From contig DAORAL010000018.1 of assembly GCA_035344155.1 (NCBI GenBank), forward strand, positions 17,565-81,564: a stretch of DNA of 64,000 bases. Direction: 5' to 3'. The notes below the pieces were generated by a model that worked only from the letters and a program-made list of their open reading frames with translations, was not told where the DNA came from and ran no database searches. This DNA comes from Phycisphaerae bacterium. GTDB lineage: Bacteria > Planctomycetota > Phycisphaerae > UBA1845. Positions 38,133 through 47,251 of this stretch are shown in pieces. The translations under genes and the position numbers were made by a program. Each line of letters begins with the position of its first letter. Position 1 is the stretch's first letter.

Positions 38133-39581
38133 ATGAGTCGTATTACAAACAACATACCCGCTGTCGTTTCCCAGAGAGAACTGTCGCAGTCGCAGCGATC
38201 ACTCAGTACCAGTCTGCAACGGTTGTCGAGCGGTTTGCAGATCAATCGCGGTGCCGACAACCCAGCCGGCTTGATCGTGTCTGAGCGATTGCGGTCGGAA
38301 ATCTCGGCTGTCACGCAGGCGATCGACAACTCGCAGCGAGCCATCAACGTCATTGCGACGACGGAAGGTGCGCTCAACGAGGTGAACTCGCTCCTCACGG
38401 ATATTCAAGCGCTGGTCGTCGAGGCGGCGAACCGCGGTGCCTTCAGCGACGAAGAAGTTGACGCCAACCAGTTGCAGATCGACTCGGCGATCGAGTCCAT
38501 CACGAGAATCGCAAACACGACGACGTTTGCAGGTCGGAAGCTGCTTGACGGTTCGCTCGATTACATCACGAGCGGTATCGATACGTCCGCTCTGGCTGAC
38601 GTGCAGGTCGAAGCCGCCAACTTTGGTCGGGCGAGCTATATTCCGGTGCAGGTCGATGTGACCGCGGCGGCTGAAAAAGCAGAGCTTCAGTTCCCCGGCG
38701 CAACCGTTGGTTCCGCAGATGTGGCGCTCGATATTCAGGGACCGAAGGGAATCGTCACGCTCAACTTCCCGGCGAGTGCGCCGATCAACGCAATCGTCAT
38801 CGCGATCAACAACCAGACGGACGCGACGGGCGTCACCGCAGAGTTCATCAACTCCGCGACCCAGTCGGGTATCCGCTTCCTCAGCGAAGGTTACGGAAGC
38901 AAGCAGTTCGTCTCGGTCAAGGCGCTGGATACCGGCGGTGCGTTTGACGTGACGGATACCAATGGTGGAACCGTGACCCGCACGAACGGCGTCGACGCGG
39001 AAGCTACGGTCAACGGCGCCGCCACGATCGCCGACGGACTCAACCTGTCGATGAACTCGCGACTGCTCAACGTCAAGATCGCACTCGACGAAGGACTCGG
39101 TACGCAGACGACGGGCAGCAGTACATCGTTTGCAATTACCGGCGGCGGTTCGCTCTTCCAGCTTGGACCGCGCGTCAACACCAACCAGCAGTCGAACATT
39201 GGTGTTCCGGCGATGCAGGCAAACAAACTCGGAAACCGCATCGATGGATTCCTGGCGCAGTTGGGAAGCGGTCAAGAGTATGCACTGCGGACGGGTAAAT
39301 TTGATCAGGCGTCCGACATCGTCGACGCGGTAATCACCGAAGTGACGACACTTCGTGGACGATTGGGTGCGTTTGAGCGAAACAACCTTCAACCGAACAT
39401 CACCCAGTTGCAGATCACGGCTGAGAACCTCACCGCTTCGGAATCGGTCATCCGTGATACGGACTTCGCACAAGAGACCACCGAGTTGACGCGTTCTCAG
39501 ATTCTGGTCCAAGCCGGTACATCCGTGTTGGCCATTGCCAACGCCCAGCAGCAAAACGTTCTGACGTTGCTCGGTGGATAG
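38133..39581 (+). CDS. fliC: Flagellin
   Basis: ATG 38133 (the track TTG is at 38127). MSRITNNIPAVVSQRELSQSQRSLSTSLQRLSSGLQINRGADNPAGLIVSERLRSE. C-terminal IRDTDFAQETTELTRSQILVQAGTSVLAIANAQQQNVLTLL. Confidence 0.93.
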   Translation: MSRITNNIPAVVSQRELSQSQRSLSTSLQRLSSGLQINRGADNPAGLIVSERLRSEISAVTQAIDNSQRAINVIATTEGALNEVNSLLTDIQALVVEAANRGAFSDEEVDANQLQIDSAIESITRIANTTTFAGRKLLDGSLDYITSGIDTSALADVQVEAANFGRASYIPVQVDVTAAAEKAELQFPGATVGSADVALDIQGPKGIVTLNFPASAPINAIVIAINNQTDATGVTAEFINSATQSGIRFLSEGYGSKQFVSVKALDTGGAFDVTDTNGGTVTRTNGVDAEATVNGAATIADGLNLSMNSRLLNVKIALDEGLGTQTTGSSTSFAITGGGSLFQLGPRVNTNQQSNIGVPAMQANKLGNRIDGFLAQLGSGQEYALRTGKFDQASDIVDAVITEVTTLRGRLGAFERNNLQPNITQLQITAENLTASESVIRDTDFAQETTELTRSQILVQAGTSVLAIANAQQQNVLTLLGG

Positions 39582-39614
39582 TCCGGACTCAGATCGCAGT
39601 CAGGGTTAGACACA

Positions 39615-39657
39615 CGGCTCCATTCTCTCTTCGAGGGGATGGAGCCGTTTTTTATTT
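39615..39657 (+). terminator. Intrinsic terminator of fliC
   Basis: CGGCTCCAT (39615-39623) pairs with ATGGAGCCG (39639-39647), followed by TTTTTTATTT. Confidence 0.85.
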
Positions 39658-39734
39658 GATTGGATTTATTGCGATCTTGATTCAAGCATTGTGTTTTGCT
39701 CTTTCATCCTTCGCAGCATTGGAGTCTCTATTCA

Positions 39735-39815
39735 CTCAGATTGACTTTGATTGTCTCCTGGATTCCCGCTTGCGGGGGAATGACGGCGCTATCGATTCGC
39801 TACGATTGGATTAGG
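39735..39815. repeat. Palindromic repeat family B, copy 2 (inverted relative to copies 1 and 3)
   Basis: CTGGATTCCCGCTTGCGGGGGAATGACGGCGCTATCGATTCGCTACGATTGG. Its reverse complement aligns with 55005-55090. Confidence 0.75.
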
Positions 39816-39822
39816 AAAAGCT

Positions 39823-41490
39823 CTAGCGAGCGGTGGGGTGGGTCTTGTCTAGGTCTGTCGCACCGGATCGCATGACGGCGAGGCGCACTTCAAATCGCGT
39901 GCCTTTATCCTTCGCGGTCTTCACTCGGATCTCGCCCTGCAATTCGTCGACAATTTTCTTCGCGGCTGCCAATCCCAAACCCGTTCCGCCTTGACCCTTT
40001 GAAGACCTGAAAGGCTCGAAGATGCCGCGCACATCGTCCGAATCGATGCCGGGACCATTGTCCGTGACGCGGATGGACACGACGTTTGCCTCCGAATCGT
40101 AGCGACTCTTGACCAGCACGCGGCCCGTGCCCGGTGGGCAGGCGTCGGTGGCGTTGAGAATCAGGTTGAACACGACCTGGTGAATGCCTTCGACGTCGGT
40201 CGGAATCGCCGGTACATCGTCAAGGTCGGCAAGCAACATCACTCCGCGTTCTTCGGCGTGGCGTTTGGCCAACTCGACCGCGTCATCGATGACGTTGTTG
40301 ACCTGCGCGAGCTCGATCTTCGGAACGCGATCCTTGCTGAACGTCAGCATGTTCGTCGTCAGGTTAAAGACGCGATCAAGGTTGTGCTCAACGATACGCC
40401 AACCAGTGCGGATTTTCTCGGAGTCGTCGCGGTTCAGACCCATGTCCACAATGTCGGCGCCGCTGCGAAGGCCTTGCAAGAGATTGCGAATGTGATGCGA
40501 CAGGTACGCAACGGTCTCACCCGTCGCGGCCAACCGCGCGTTTCGCATTCTTGCTTCGGTCAGACGCTGATTTTCGATCGCAAGACCGCACACGCGTCCA
40601 ATCGCGGTCGCAAGCCGCAGATGATCCTGGCTATAGGTGTGCCGCGCCATCGGGCAATCGATATGGATGACGCCAATGACTCCATCGTGCCCCGTGAGTG
40701 GAACGCATATGACACTGCGAAGCGCCAGGCTCTCCAGACTGGCCGTATTGGGATTGGATACGAATCGTTCGTCCGCATTGGCATTGGCGCAAAGCACACC
40801 GGCTTTCGTGTCGACCACCTGCTGGATGATGGCGCTCGACGTCTTGATCTGCTCATGCTTTTGCCCGGCTTTTGATCGATACCGAACGACAGCCGGTTCG
40901 AGTTTCGTGCTGCCATCTTTGCGAATCAAGATGAACAGGCGATCGACGATAAGACTGCGTAGAATGATGTCGGTGATGCGATCCAAGAACTCCCGCTCGG
41001 TTGCAATGACACCTGCCGCCTCGGCCAACTGGTACATCACGTTCCACGATCGAACCGCGGCTGCGTTTTCGGGAGCGGCGACGATAACGCTTTCTTCGCT
41101 CGATTGGATCGCGGAAAGGAGTGACGAGTCGATCGCGTCGCCTTCGCCACTGACGCGAACCATGTTCTCAGCCGTCAGCGGTCCGCCATAACCCTGCACG
41201 CCCAATTCGCCACGAAACGCAAGGAGCGTTCCGCCGATCTTGATCTGGTCGCCGTGGTGGAGTTCGGTCGCCTCTGAGATGCGTTCACCATTGACGTAAG
41301 TGCCGTTTGAACTGCCGAGGTGGGTGATGGTCCAGTTTTCGCCCTGGCGGGTAAGTTCGGCGTGGCGGCGCGACACGGTGTAGTCGGTCAGCGGCGCTTG
41401 CTGGGAATGACGCCCCAACAGCACCGACGATTCGGTGAGATCGATCGCCTGCCCTGCATCGGGACCTTGAAGAACATAAAGTATTGCCAC
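39823..41490 (-). CDS. FHA - GAF - histidine kinase (HisKA + HATPase_c) sensor
   Basis: 555 aa. FHA: LLGRHSQQAPLTDYTVSRRHAEL...LGSSNGTYVNGERI. GAF middle region. H-box ETVAYLSHHIRNLLQGL. N/G boxes ILNATDA, DNGPGI, GGTGLGLA. GTG start. Confidence 0.85.
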   Translation of the reverse strand: MAILYVLQGPDAGQAIDLTESSVLLGRHSQQAPLTDYTVSRRHAELTRQGENWTITHLGSSNGTYVNGERISEATELHHGDQIKIGGTLLAFRGELGVQGYGGPLTAENMVRVSGEGDAIDSSLLSAIQSSEESVIVAAPENAAAVRSWNVMYQLAEAAGVIATEREFLDRITDIILRSLIVDRLFILIRKDGSTKLEPAVVRYRSKAGQKHEQIKTSSAIIQQVVDTKAGVLCANANADERFVSNPNTASLESLALRSVICVPLTGHDGVIGVIHIDCPMARHTYSQDHLRLATAIGRVCGLAIENQRLTEARMRNARLAATGETVAYLSHHIRNLLQGLRSGADIVDMGLNRDDSEKIRTGWRIVEHNLDRVFNLTTNMLTFSKDRVPKIELAQVNNVIDDAVELAKRHAEERGVMLLADLDDVPAIPTDVEGIHQVVFNLILNATDACPPGTGRVLVKSRYDSEANVVSIRVTDNGPGIDSDDVRGIFEPFRSSKGQGGTGLGLAAAKKIVDELQGEIRVKTAKDKGTRFEVRLAVMRSGATDLDKTHPTAR

Positions 41491-41664
41491 GCTGAGTTTC
41501 TCGCAGCATCCTGTTGGCGTTGCTCAAAAACTCGCCCTGGACTCGGTGACCCACACCCCACCGACGATGACGTCGTCGATTTCAAGCAGAAACGATGTGA
41601 ATCCAGACACACAGGATGTTAACCGATGGTAAAAACCGCTTTCGCATAAGTCAATTCTGGGCGG

Positions 41665-43011
41665 TTAGGGCTGCTTCTTTAACTTGAACTGGGCCGACAC
41701 AAGGTTGTGATCGGAACCGTTGGTTTCGACCGTGCCCAGGATCACGTCGTAGCTCTTGGGCACATAAAGGCCGGCCATCCCCGGTGAACCCAACACGAAA
41801 TCGATCATCGACAGATAGCTGCGGTTGTAGGTGATTCGCTTGTCTTCGGGCAGGTCGTCGAAAAATGCGGTGAGCTTGGTGTCGCCGCTGCCCACCAACC
41901 GCTGCAATGGCTCGCTATCGAACGTATCGTTGAAATCGCCGCAGATCACAAACAACGCTTGCGGATCATTGGTCAAAATACGATCGAGTTTCTTGCGGAT
42001 CGCCAGCGTTTCACCCAGGCGGATGGGACGGGATTCATCGGCGCCGCCGTGCTTGCTCTTAAGATGGACGACAAACACATCGAACGGGGAATAGCCTTCC
42101 GGTTCGATACTGACTTGGAGCAGGTCACGTTTGAATCGCATGTCCTTGCCGTCGGCACTTCTGAAATCGACGTGGCGATGGGATGTCACCTCACCAACCG
42201 GCAGTCGCGAAATCAAGCCGACGTCAATTCCCCGGGGATTATTCCCCTCAATCAGCACAACATCACAATAGCCCATTCCCGACAGGTGCGTCGCCACGAA
42301 GTTCTCAAGCACGCCGCGATTCTCAACCTCCTGAAATGCGACAACATCGGCGTCGGCTTGGCGGATGATCTTGGCGAGATTCTCGATTTCCGAATCGCGC
42401 TTGCCCGGGTAATACTCCGAATCGACGTAAGGGTCGTCGAAGTTGTCGAACAGGTTCAAGACGTTAAACGTCGCAATCTTGACAACACCATCGGTCAATA
42501 CCTTTGGAGCAGCCGGTGTGAATGCGGTTGGCGCCTGCGCCTTGGGGGTGCCTGACTTGGCGGTTGCCTCCGGCGTGACTGTGTTGCCTTGTGTCTTAAC
42601 TTCTTCGCCTTTTTTCGGGGGTTCCGGGCTGTCGATGATCTGAATGTCGCCAGCTGCCGCGATGACGATCTCAGGTTTGTCCTTGAATTTGACGATCTCA
42701 CCGACAACGCGAACGTGTTTGTTGAGAAAAAGTTTCTGCGGGTTTGATGTAAATTGACCGTAGAGATTGCTCGGAACAACGGCAGTGAACGTCGTCCGAA
42801 AATCCTTGTCGAAGTTCAAGAAGCATCGACTCCCGATATCTTTGGACGCAACCACCGTACCATAGACAACGCAGCGCGTCCCATAATGGTCAACGGTGTC
42901 GCTCCAGGATATCTGTGGAAGGCCTGGATCGAATTGGCTGTCTTCAGCAAAAGTCGGGGCGGCTGCGATGCCGAACAGAATAATGAACAAACCAATAACG
43001 TTGCGTGTCAT
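41665..43011 (-). CDS. Secreted OB-fold + endonuclease/exonuclease/phosphatase (EEP) family nuclease
   Basis: Start at ATG 43011 (MTRNVIGLFIILFGIAAAPTFA signal). OB-like RCVVYGTVVASKD...HVRVVGEIVKFKDKPEIVI. EEP: KIATFNVLNLFD, VVAFQEVEN, GDFND, GSDHN. Confidence 0.8.
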   Translation of the reverse strand: MTRNVIGLFIILFGIAAAPTFAEDSQFDPGLPQISWSDTVDHYGTRCVVYGTVVASKDIGSRCFLNFDKDFRTTFTAVVPSNLYGQFTSNPQKLFLNKHVRVVGEIVKFKDKPEIVIAAAGDIQIIDSPEPPKKGEEVKTQGNTVTPEATAKSGTPKAQAPTAFTPAAPKVLTDGVVKIATFNVLNLFDNFDDPYVDSEYYPGKRDSEIENLAKIIRQADADVVAFQEVENRGVLENFVATHLSGMGYCDVVLIEGNNPRGIDVGLISRLPVGEVTSHRHVDFRSADGKDMRFKRDLLQVSIEPEGYSPFDVFVVHLKSKHGGADESRPIRLGETLAIRKKLDRILTNDPQALFVICGDFNDTFDSEPLQRLVGSGDTKLTAFFDDLPEDKRITYNRSYLSMIDFVLGSPGMAGLYVPKSYDVILGTVETNGSDHNLVSAQFKLKKQP

Positions 43012-43140
43012 CGTAATACTCCCATAAAAACGGGGGACCGACGGCAGTTTAACGCAATTTAATCGCAATGCCACCTTTCCGGGGCGTGATGATATCGTAG
43101 GGTTGAGGCAAGGCGAGAATTGGGCTCTGGAGGCAGGTCA

Positions 43141-43698
43141 ATGTTGCGAGTGAAAAACCCGAGACAATCGAATCAACTCAGCACAGCCAGTATGGGACCT
43201 GCGGAAGCCCCCAGGGGCGCCAGCGAATCTCTTTACAAACACCGCGAATGTGAAAGTCGCCTGGACGAGATGTTTGAACGCCATCAAATGCAGGCTTCAG
43301 AGCCAACGGAATCCTCCCCGCCCCCCAAAGAGTTGTCTCCCATGGATGCGCTGCGACAGTTGTTTGTCGAAGAGCTCATTCCGGTCGTGAACGAACTCCG
43401 CGAAAAGTACGCGCCGAAGGGGCTTTGCCTGCAAATGAACGCAGAACGGTTTCTCGATGGAAAGCGTGAAATCGTTATCTCAATGCAGTTCGATGGAATC
43501 GGAATGCGCTACAACGGTACCGTGATCGACGGGGCGATCGCCTTCAGCCAGACGCGGTTCGATGAAGAAGACCGCAGCGGACTCACGGCATCCGGTGCAG
43601 CGCTTCGGACACGGGGTTTAAACGCGGATCGTTTCCGTGCGTTTATCTGTGATCGAATCGCACACCTGGTCCAACAAGCCTCGAAACGCCATCGCTGA
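43141..43698 (+). CDS. Hypothetical protein
   Basis: 185 aa from ATG 43141 (GGAGG 9 nt upstream). No motif recognised. Confidence 0.55.
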   Translation: MLRVKNPRQSNQLSTASMGPAEAPRGASESLYKHRECESRLDEMFERHQMQASEPTESSPPPKELSPMDALRQLFVEELIPVVNELREKYAPKGLCLQMNAERFLDGKREIVISMQFDGIGMRYNGTVIDGAIAFSQTRFDEEDRSGLTASGAALRTRGLNADRFRAFICDRIAHLVQQASKRHR

Positions 43699-43744
43699 TC
43701 TTCCCGACCTTTGTGAACTGAATCATCTGCACTGACTTATACTG

Positions 43745-45811
43745 CTATTCAGAGACCTGTTTCGTGCCCTGCGAAACAGTTGGGTCGAAGTACCGGAGTT
43801 CATCCAACGTCGCTTCAGGATTCTTTCGGTACTCTTCCATACCGGGCGGTGTCGGCATCACCTTGTTGACGTCGAACGGCGGCTGGTGCAGGTTGCATTG
43901 ATATTCCACAAAGGGCCGCACATCGTCGTAGATCGCCCTTCGCGTGAGCAGGTCGAGCGACTTCCAGACCCGAGCCTTATCCTGCGCCGTATAGTCTGGA
44001 AGTTCCATAAACACTTTGGCGATGTCGCGCCGCATGACGCCGAGTTTCTGAAGGTTTCGGCGATTGTTGCGGTCGGTCTTGGTGTCGCTGTGGTAATATT
44101 CGTACCATTCCTTCGCCGTGGCAAAGCTATTCAAGCTGCGCTCAACGTCACCGACCGCCGCTTCTTTCAAAGATCTTAAGAGGAACGACTGGATGAAAAC
44201 AGTCGCGCCCGCCTGCGTGTCGAGCGCTTCCTTGAACTGCCGCTCGATGAATGCTTTGAACGTCGTGTTATATCGCGGCTTGGTGTGCCCGTCTTCGTCC
44301 AGGTCATACTTGCGAAGATAGAAATAGTATTCCTTGGCCTCATCGAAGTTCTTCTTGCCGCCCGTCAAGTAAAGCTGACGGATGGAGCGCATCAGGAAGT
44401 TTTCGTGCCCCGTCGAGTAGTTCGGACCGGCTGTTCCTTCGACAAAATCCGGATCATCGCCGAATTGCTCCTTGCCATACTTGAGATACGCCTCATGCAT
44501 ATGGCGGATGAAGCGCGCATCGGGTTGGTAGTCAATATATGACTTTCCGGGTTCATCGAAATCAGGTTCGAGCACGATCTTGCCCTTCAAGCTCAGTTGA
44601 TCGAGGGCAAAGAAGATGAACCGAACCGCGTTCATCGTGTCTGCCGGATCGCGGTTCTTGACGTCCGTGGTAACCTTGTCACCGTAAGATGACCAGTAAA
44701 GACAATGCGAGTACGGACTGCGCCAATCGAGTGGGCCATACTCTTCCATCAATGACAACATGTAATCGATATTCATGTTGTACATGTCGGGGTCGCGAAG
44801 AACACCCGACCGGACAGCCGCGCACAGCGCCTTGAGCGATTCTGCGTTCGCAGGATCGCTTAGCAGCTTGCGCTGCCGTTCATGATGAACGATGACATCG
44901 CCGTCATCGGCAACCACGAACTGTTCCAGATTTGAATATGTTCGCAGGTACTCGGCGACAAACGAAAGGAGTGTGATGTCCGGGTCGAGGACCACTTCGT
45001 CGTTGGCCGCTTTTTTCGCCTCTTCGCCCGTCAAGTCTGGATTCAATTCCCTAAGTTCGTCCTCGCTTTTGCGTTTCATCTGTTCGACGAGACGCTTGAT
45101 CGCGGGGGTCTCTTCAATCCACTTATTCAAGTCGCGGGGCGCTTCGACAATCTCGCGAAAACGCTGAACGGCTTGGTCGTCTTCCATCACCAGCGGCGGT
45201 TCACCGAAAACCCGTTCCATTTCGACCGCGAGTTCGGCTTTGTAGGCCATGTGCGAGTCGTCGAGTTTGTCTCCGATCTTGTGATTGAAGATCCATGCCA
45301 ACTCTTTATACAACGTGATTGACTTGGGATTGTAGACGAGTCCTTTGTTGCGAAGATTGCGGATGCCGTTGGACACCCAAAGCCAGCGGGCTTCGTCACC
45401 GTATTGGCAAACCGAAATGTTGTAGGCCATGTTCCATGCGGAATAAACCCAGACGGTCGGATAGCGGGGCGCCAGCTTGCAAAGCCAATTGGAAAGCTGC
45501 ATCAGTTCGAAGAATCGGTTTTCCTCTTTCAACTCCTCGAGCCGAATAAACGCCACGTCGATCGCCAGCGCCCGCAGCGTGCCCAACTTCGTCAACAGCG
45601 CGATGTCAGGCGGAAGACCTTCGACGGTGACGTCCATGGTCATCTGCTCGTCGCGACGGATGTCGTTGATGGGGCGGACCAGCATCATGGAACAGGCAAG
45701 GCACAGGATCGACAGCGTGCCCGCAACCAATCGAACCCAACGATCGCCGCGCATCGCGCTGGATCGACCGGCGAGGTATGCCTCCATCTTCGATTGGTTT
45801 ACTTGAGCCAT
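43745..45811 (-). CDS. N-terminally membrane-anchored, Trp/Tyr-rich helical protein of unknown function (last gene of the SPFH-ABC operon)
   Basis: 688 aa from ATG 45811. One TM helix (WVRLVAGTLSILCLACSMMLV). The rest is predicted soluble and helical-repeat-like (e.g. YPTVWVYSAWNMAYNISV, LYKELAWIFNHKIG, SHCLYWSSYG). No catalytic motif recognised. Confidence 0.75.
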   Translation of the reverse strand: MAQVNQSKMEAYLAGRSSAMRGDRWVRLVAGTLSILCLACSMMLVRPINDIRRDEQMTMDVTVEGLPPDIALLTKLGTLRALAIDVAFIRLEELKEENRFFELMQLSNWLCKLAPRYPTVWVYSAWNMAYNISVCQYGDEARWLWVSNGIRNLRNKGLVYNPKSITLYKELAWIFNHKIGDKLDDSHMAYKAELAVEMERVFGEPPLVMEDDQAVQRFREIVEAPRDLNKWIEETPAIKRLVEQMKRKSEDELRELNPDLTGEEAKKAANDEVVLDPDITLLSFVAEYLRTYSNLEQFVVADDGDVIVHHERQRKLLSDPANAESLKALCAAVRSGVLRDPDMYNMNIDYMLSLMEEYGPLDWRSPYSHCLYWSSYGDKVTTDVKNRDPADTMNAVRFIFFALDQLSLKGKIVLEPDFDEPGKSYIDYQPDARFIRHMHEAYLKYGKEQFGDDPDFVEGTAGPNYSTGHENFLMRSIRQLYLTGGKKNFDEAKEYYFYLRKYDLDEDGHTKPRYNTTFKAFIERQFKEALDTQAGATVFIQSFLLRSLKEAAVGDVERSLNSFATAKEWYEYYHSDTKTDRNNRRNLQKLGVMRRDIAKVFMELPDYTAQDKARVWKSLDLLTRRAIYDDVRPFVEYQCNLHQPPFDVNKVMPTPPGMEEYRKNPEATLDELRYFDPTVSQGTKQVSE

Positions 45812-45862
45812 GATCAAACCCACTACTTATTTGCAACTCGGTGATTCCGGTCCGTATTCGAG

Positions 45863-47251
45863 TTACAAGGAGACTTCGTCAACTTCCCTTCGCATGAACA
45901 TCAGGCAACCGGCGATGAGCAGAATCGTCGTCTTGATGAGCACAAGACTGCCAATCGTCAGCAAGACCCACATCAGTGTGACGTTACGCCCGTCCACCAG
46001 CAGGTCGAGGGAATTGAACTTGTCAAAATTCGGAATAATGAAATAGATCCCCCGCACGATATTGTTGAGCAGGAACTGGGCGAGGCCCAACGATCCTTTC
46101 TCGGGGATCCAACTGACCGAGTCCAGAAGGAACTCTTTGGTCGTCGCCAGGAGCAACACCGAAAACGCCCCGAGGCACGCGACCGGAAACGAGAACACCG
46201 TGGCAAAGGCAACGCCGATCGCGGCCAGGAACGCGAGCTTGCATAGCACCAGACTCAGCGTGCGAGTCAGGTTTCCGCCAAACGTTCCGACTTGAAAATA
46301 CACCTGAACGGCATCGTCCTTTTGGAAGACGACGGTGTTGTCGTATTGAACCTCACCGAATTGAACGTATGGATTGAGGTTTTCAAACACAACTTGCAGT
46401 GTATTGTCGGGCGCAACGCAGTCCGCCGGCACACTGACGGTATGAATGCGGTCGATGTAGTCGCGGCGGGGGGCAGGGTACAGCGCGGTCCCTTTTTCCG
46501 GATCGCCAAAGATCCACGTGTACTTGACGATTTCGTCGGGTGGAAAACCTGCAACATGGTGAACATACCGCAGGTGGATCATCGATTCTGGACTTCGGTC
46601 GCAACGGACATCCTCAAATTCAAAGAGACGTGATTCGCGGGGCCAGACAGCACGCCAGCGACCAATCATTTGTGCCTGTATCTCGTTCTTTGCTCTTTCC
46701 TCGTCGTGTTCAGCCAAGCCGGAGTACTTTCCGAGTTCGACATTCTCCTGATACTTGGCTTCGGCTTCGGCGGCAAAGTCCGGAATCTTGAAATTGGAGG
46801 CATGGCGGGCGCAAAGAATCTGCCCCTTGAGTCGCTCCGCGTCAATCTCATCCTGCGCAGGTCTTGATGCAAGGTACATCGTAAAACCATAGATCATCAA
46901 ACCCGCGACCGACAAGAGCGCCGTGTCGATGCAGACAATTCCAAACCAGCGACCGACCACGTACTTCCACCGCGCAATCGGTTTGGTCATCAGCGTCAGG
47001 ATTTGCTTTCCAGAAAGATCGTCTGAAATGGACTTTGCCAAGAAGATCGAAAGGAGCGAAAGCAATGCGCTAACCGCCGTCACGGAATACGACAGGAAGG
47101 CCTGAACCGCGCCGCTAACCGTGTTGTCACCCTTGGAGGCAAACGGAAGTCCGACGAGCAGCACGCCCAGCATGAAAATAAATGAGAGCGCGACCTTGTT
47201 GCGGATGCTCTCCGAAATCGTATGGCGGGCAACGGTCCAGATACTACCCAT
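45863..47251 (-). CDS. ABC-2-type transporter permease with a ~200-aa non-membrane insert
   Basis: 462 aa. N-terminal TMs (ALSFIFMLGVLLVGLPF, VTAVSALLSLLSIFLA, WFGIVCIDTALLSVAGLMIYGF), hydrophilic insert at residues ~135-335, then three C-terminal TMs. 8-nt overlap with the ATPase gene. Confidence 0.8.
   Translation of the reverse strand: MGSIWTVARHTISESIRNKVALSFIFMLGVLLVGLPFASKGDNTVSGAVQAFLSYSVTAVSALLSLLSIFLAKSISDDLSGKQILTLMTKPIARWKYVVGRWFGIVCIDTALLSVAGLMIYGFTMYLASRPAQDEIDAERLKGQILCARHASNFKIPDFAAEAEAKYQENVELGKYSGLAEHDEERAKNEIQAQMIGRWRAVWPRESRLFEFEDVRCDRSPESMIHLRYVHHVAGFPPDEIVKYTWIFGDPEKGTALYPAPRRDYIDRIHTVSVPADCVAPDNTLQVVFENLNPYVQFGEVQYDNTVVFQKDDAVQVYFQVGTFGGNLTRTLSLVLCKLAFLAAIGVAFATVFSFPVACLGAFSVLLLATTKEFLLDSVSWIPEKGSLGLAQFLLNNIVRGIYFIIPNFDKFNSLDLLVDGRNVTLMWVLLTIGSLVLIKTTILLIAGCLMFMRREVDEVSL

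Noticed and set aside
38199-39554. 451-aa ORF on the minus strand covering almost all of fliC
   Set aside because: Antisense shadow of a gene with unmistakable flagellin termini. The product is Arg/Asp/Val-rich with no motif. Long open antisense frames are common in GC-rich coding DNA.
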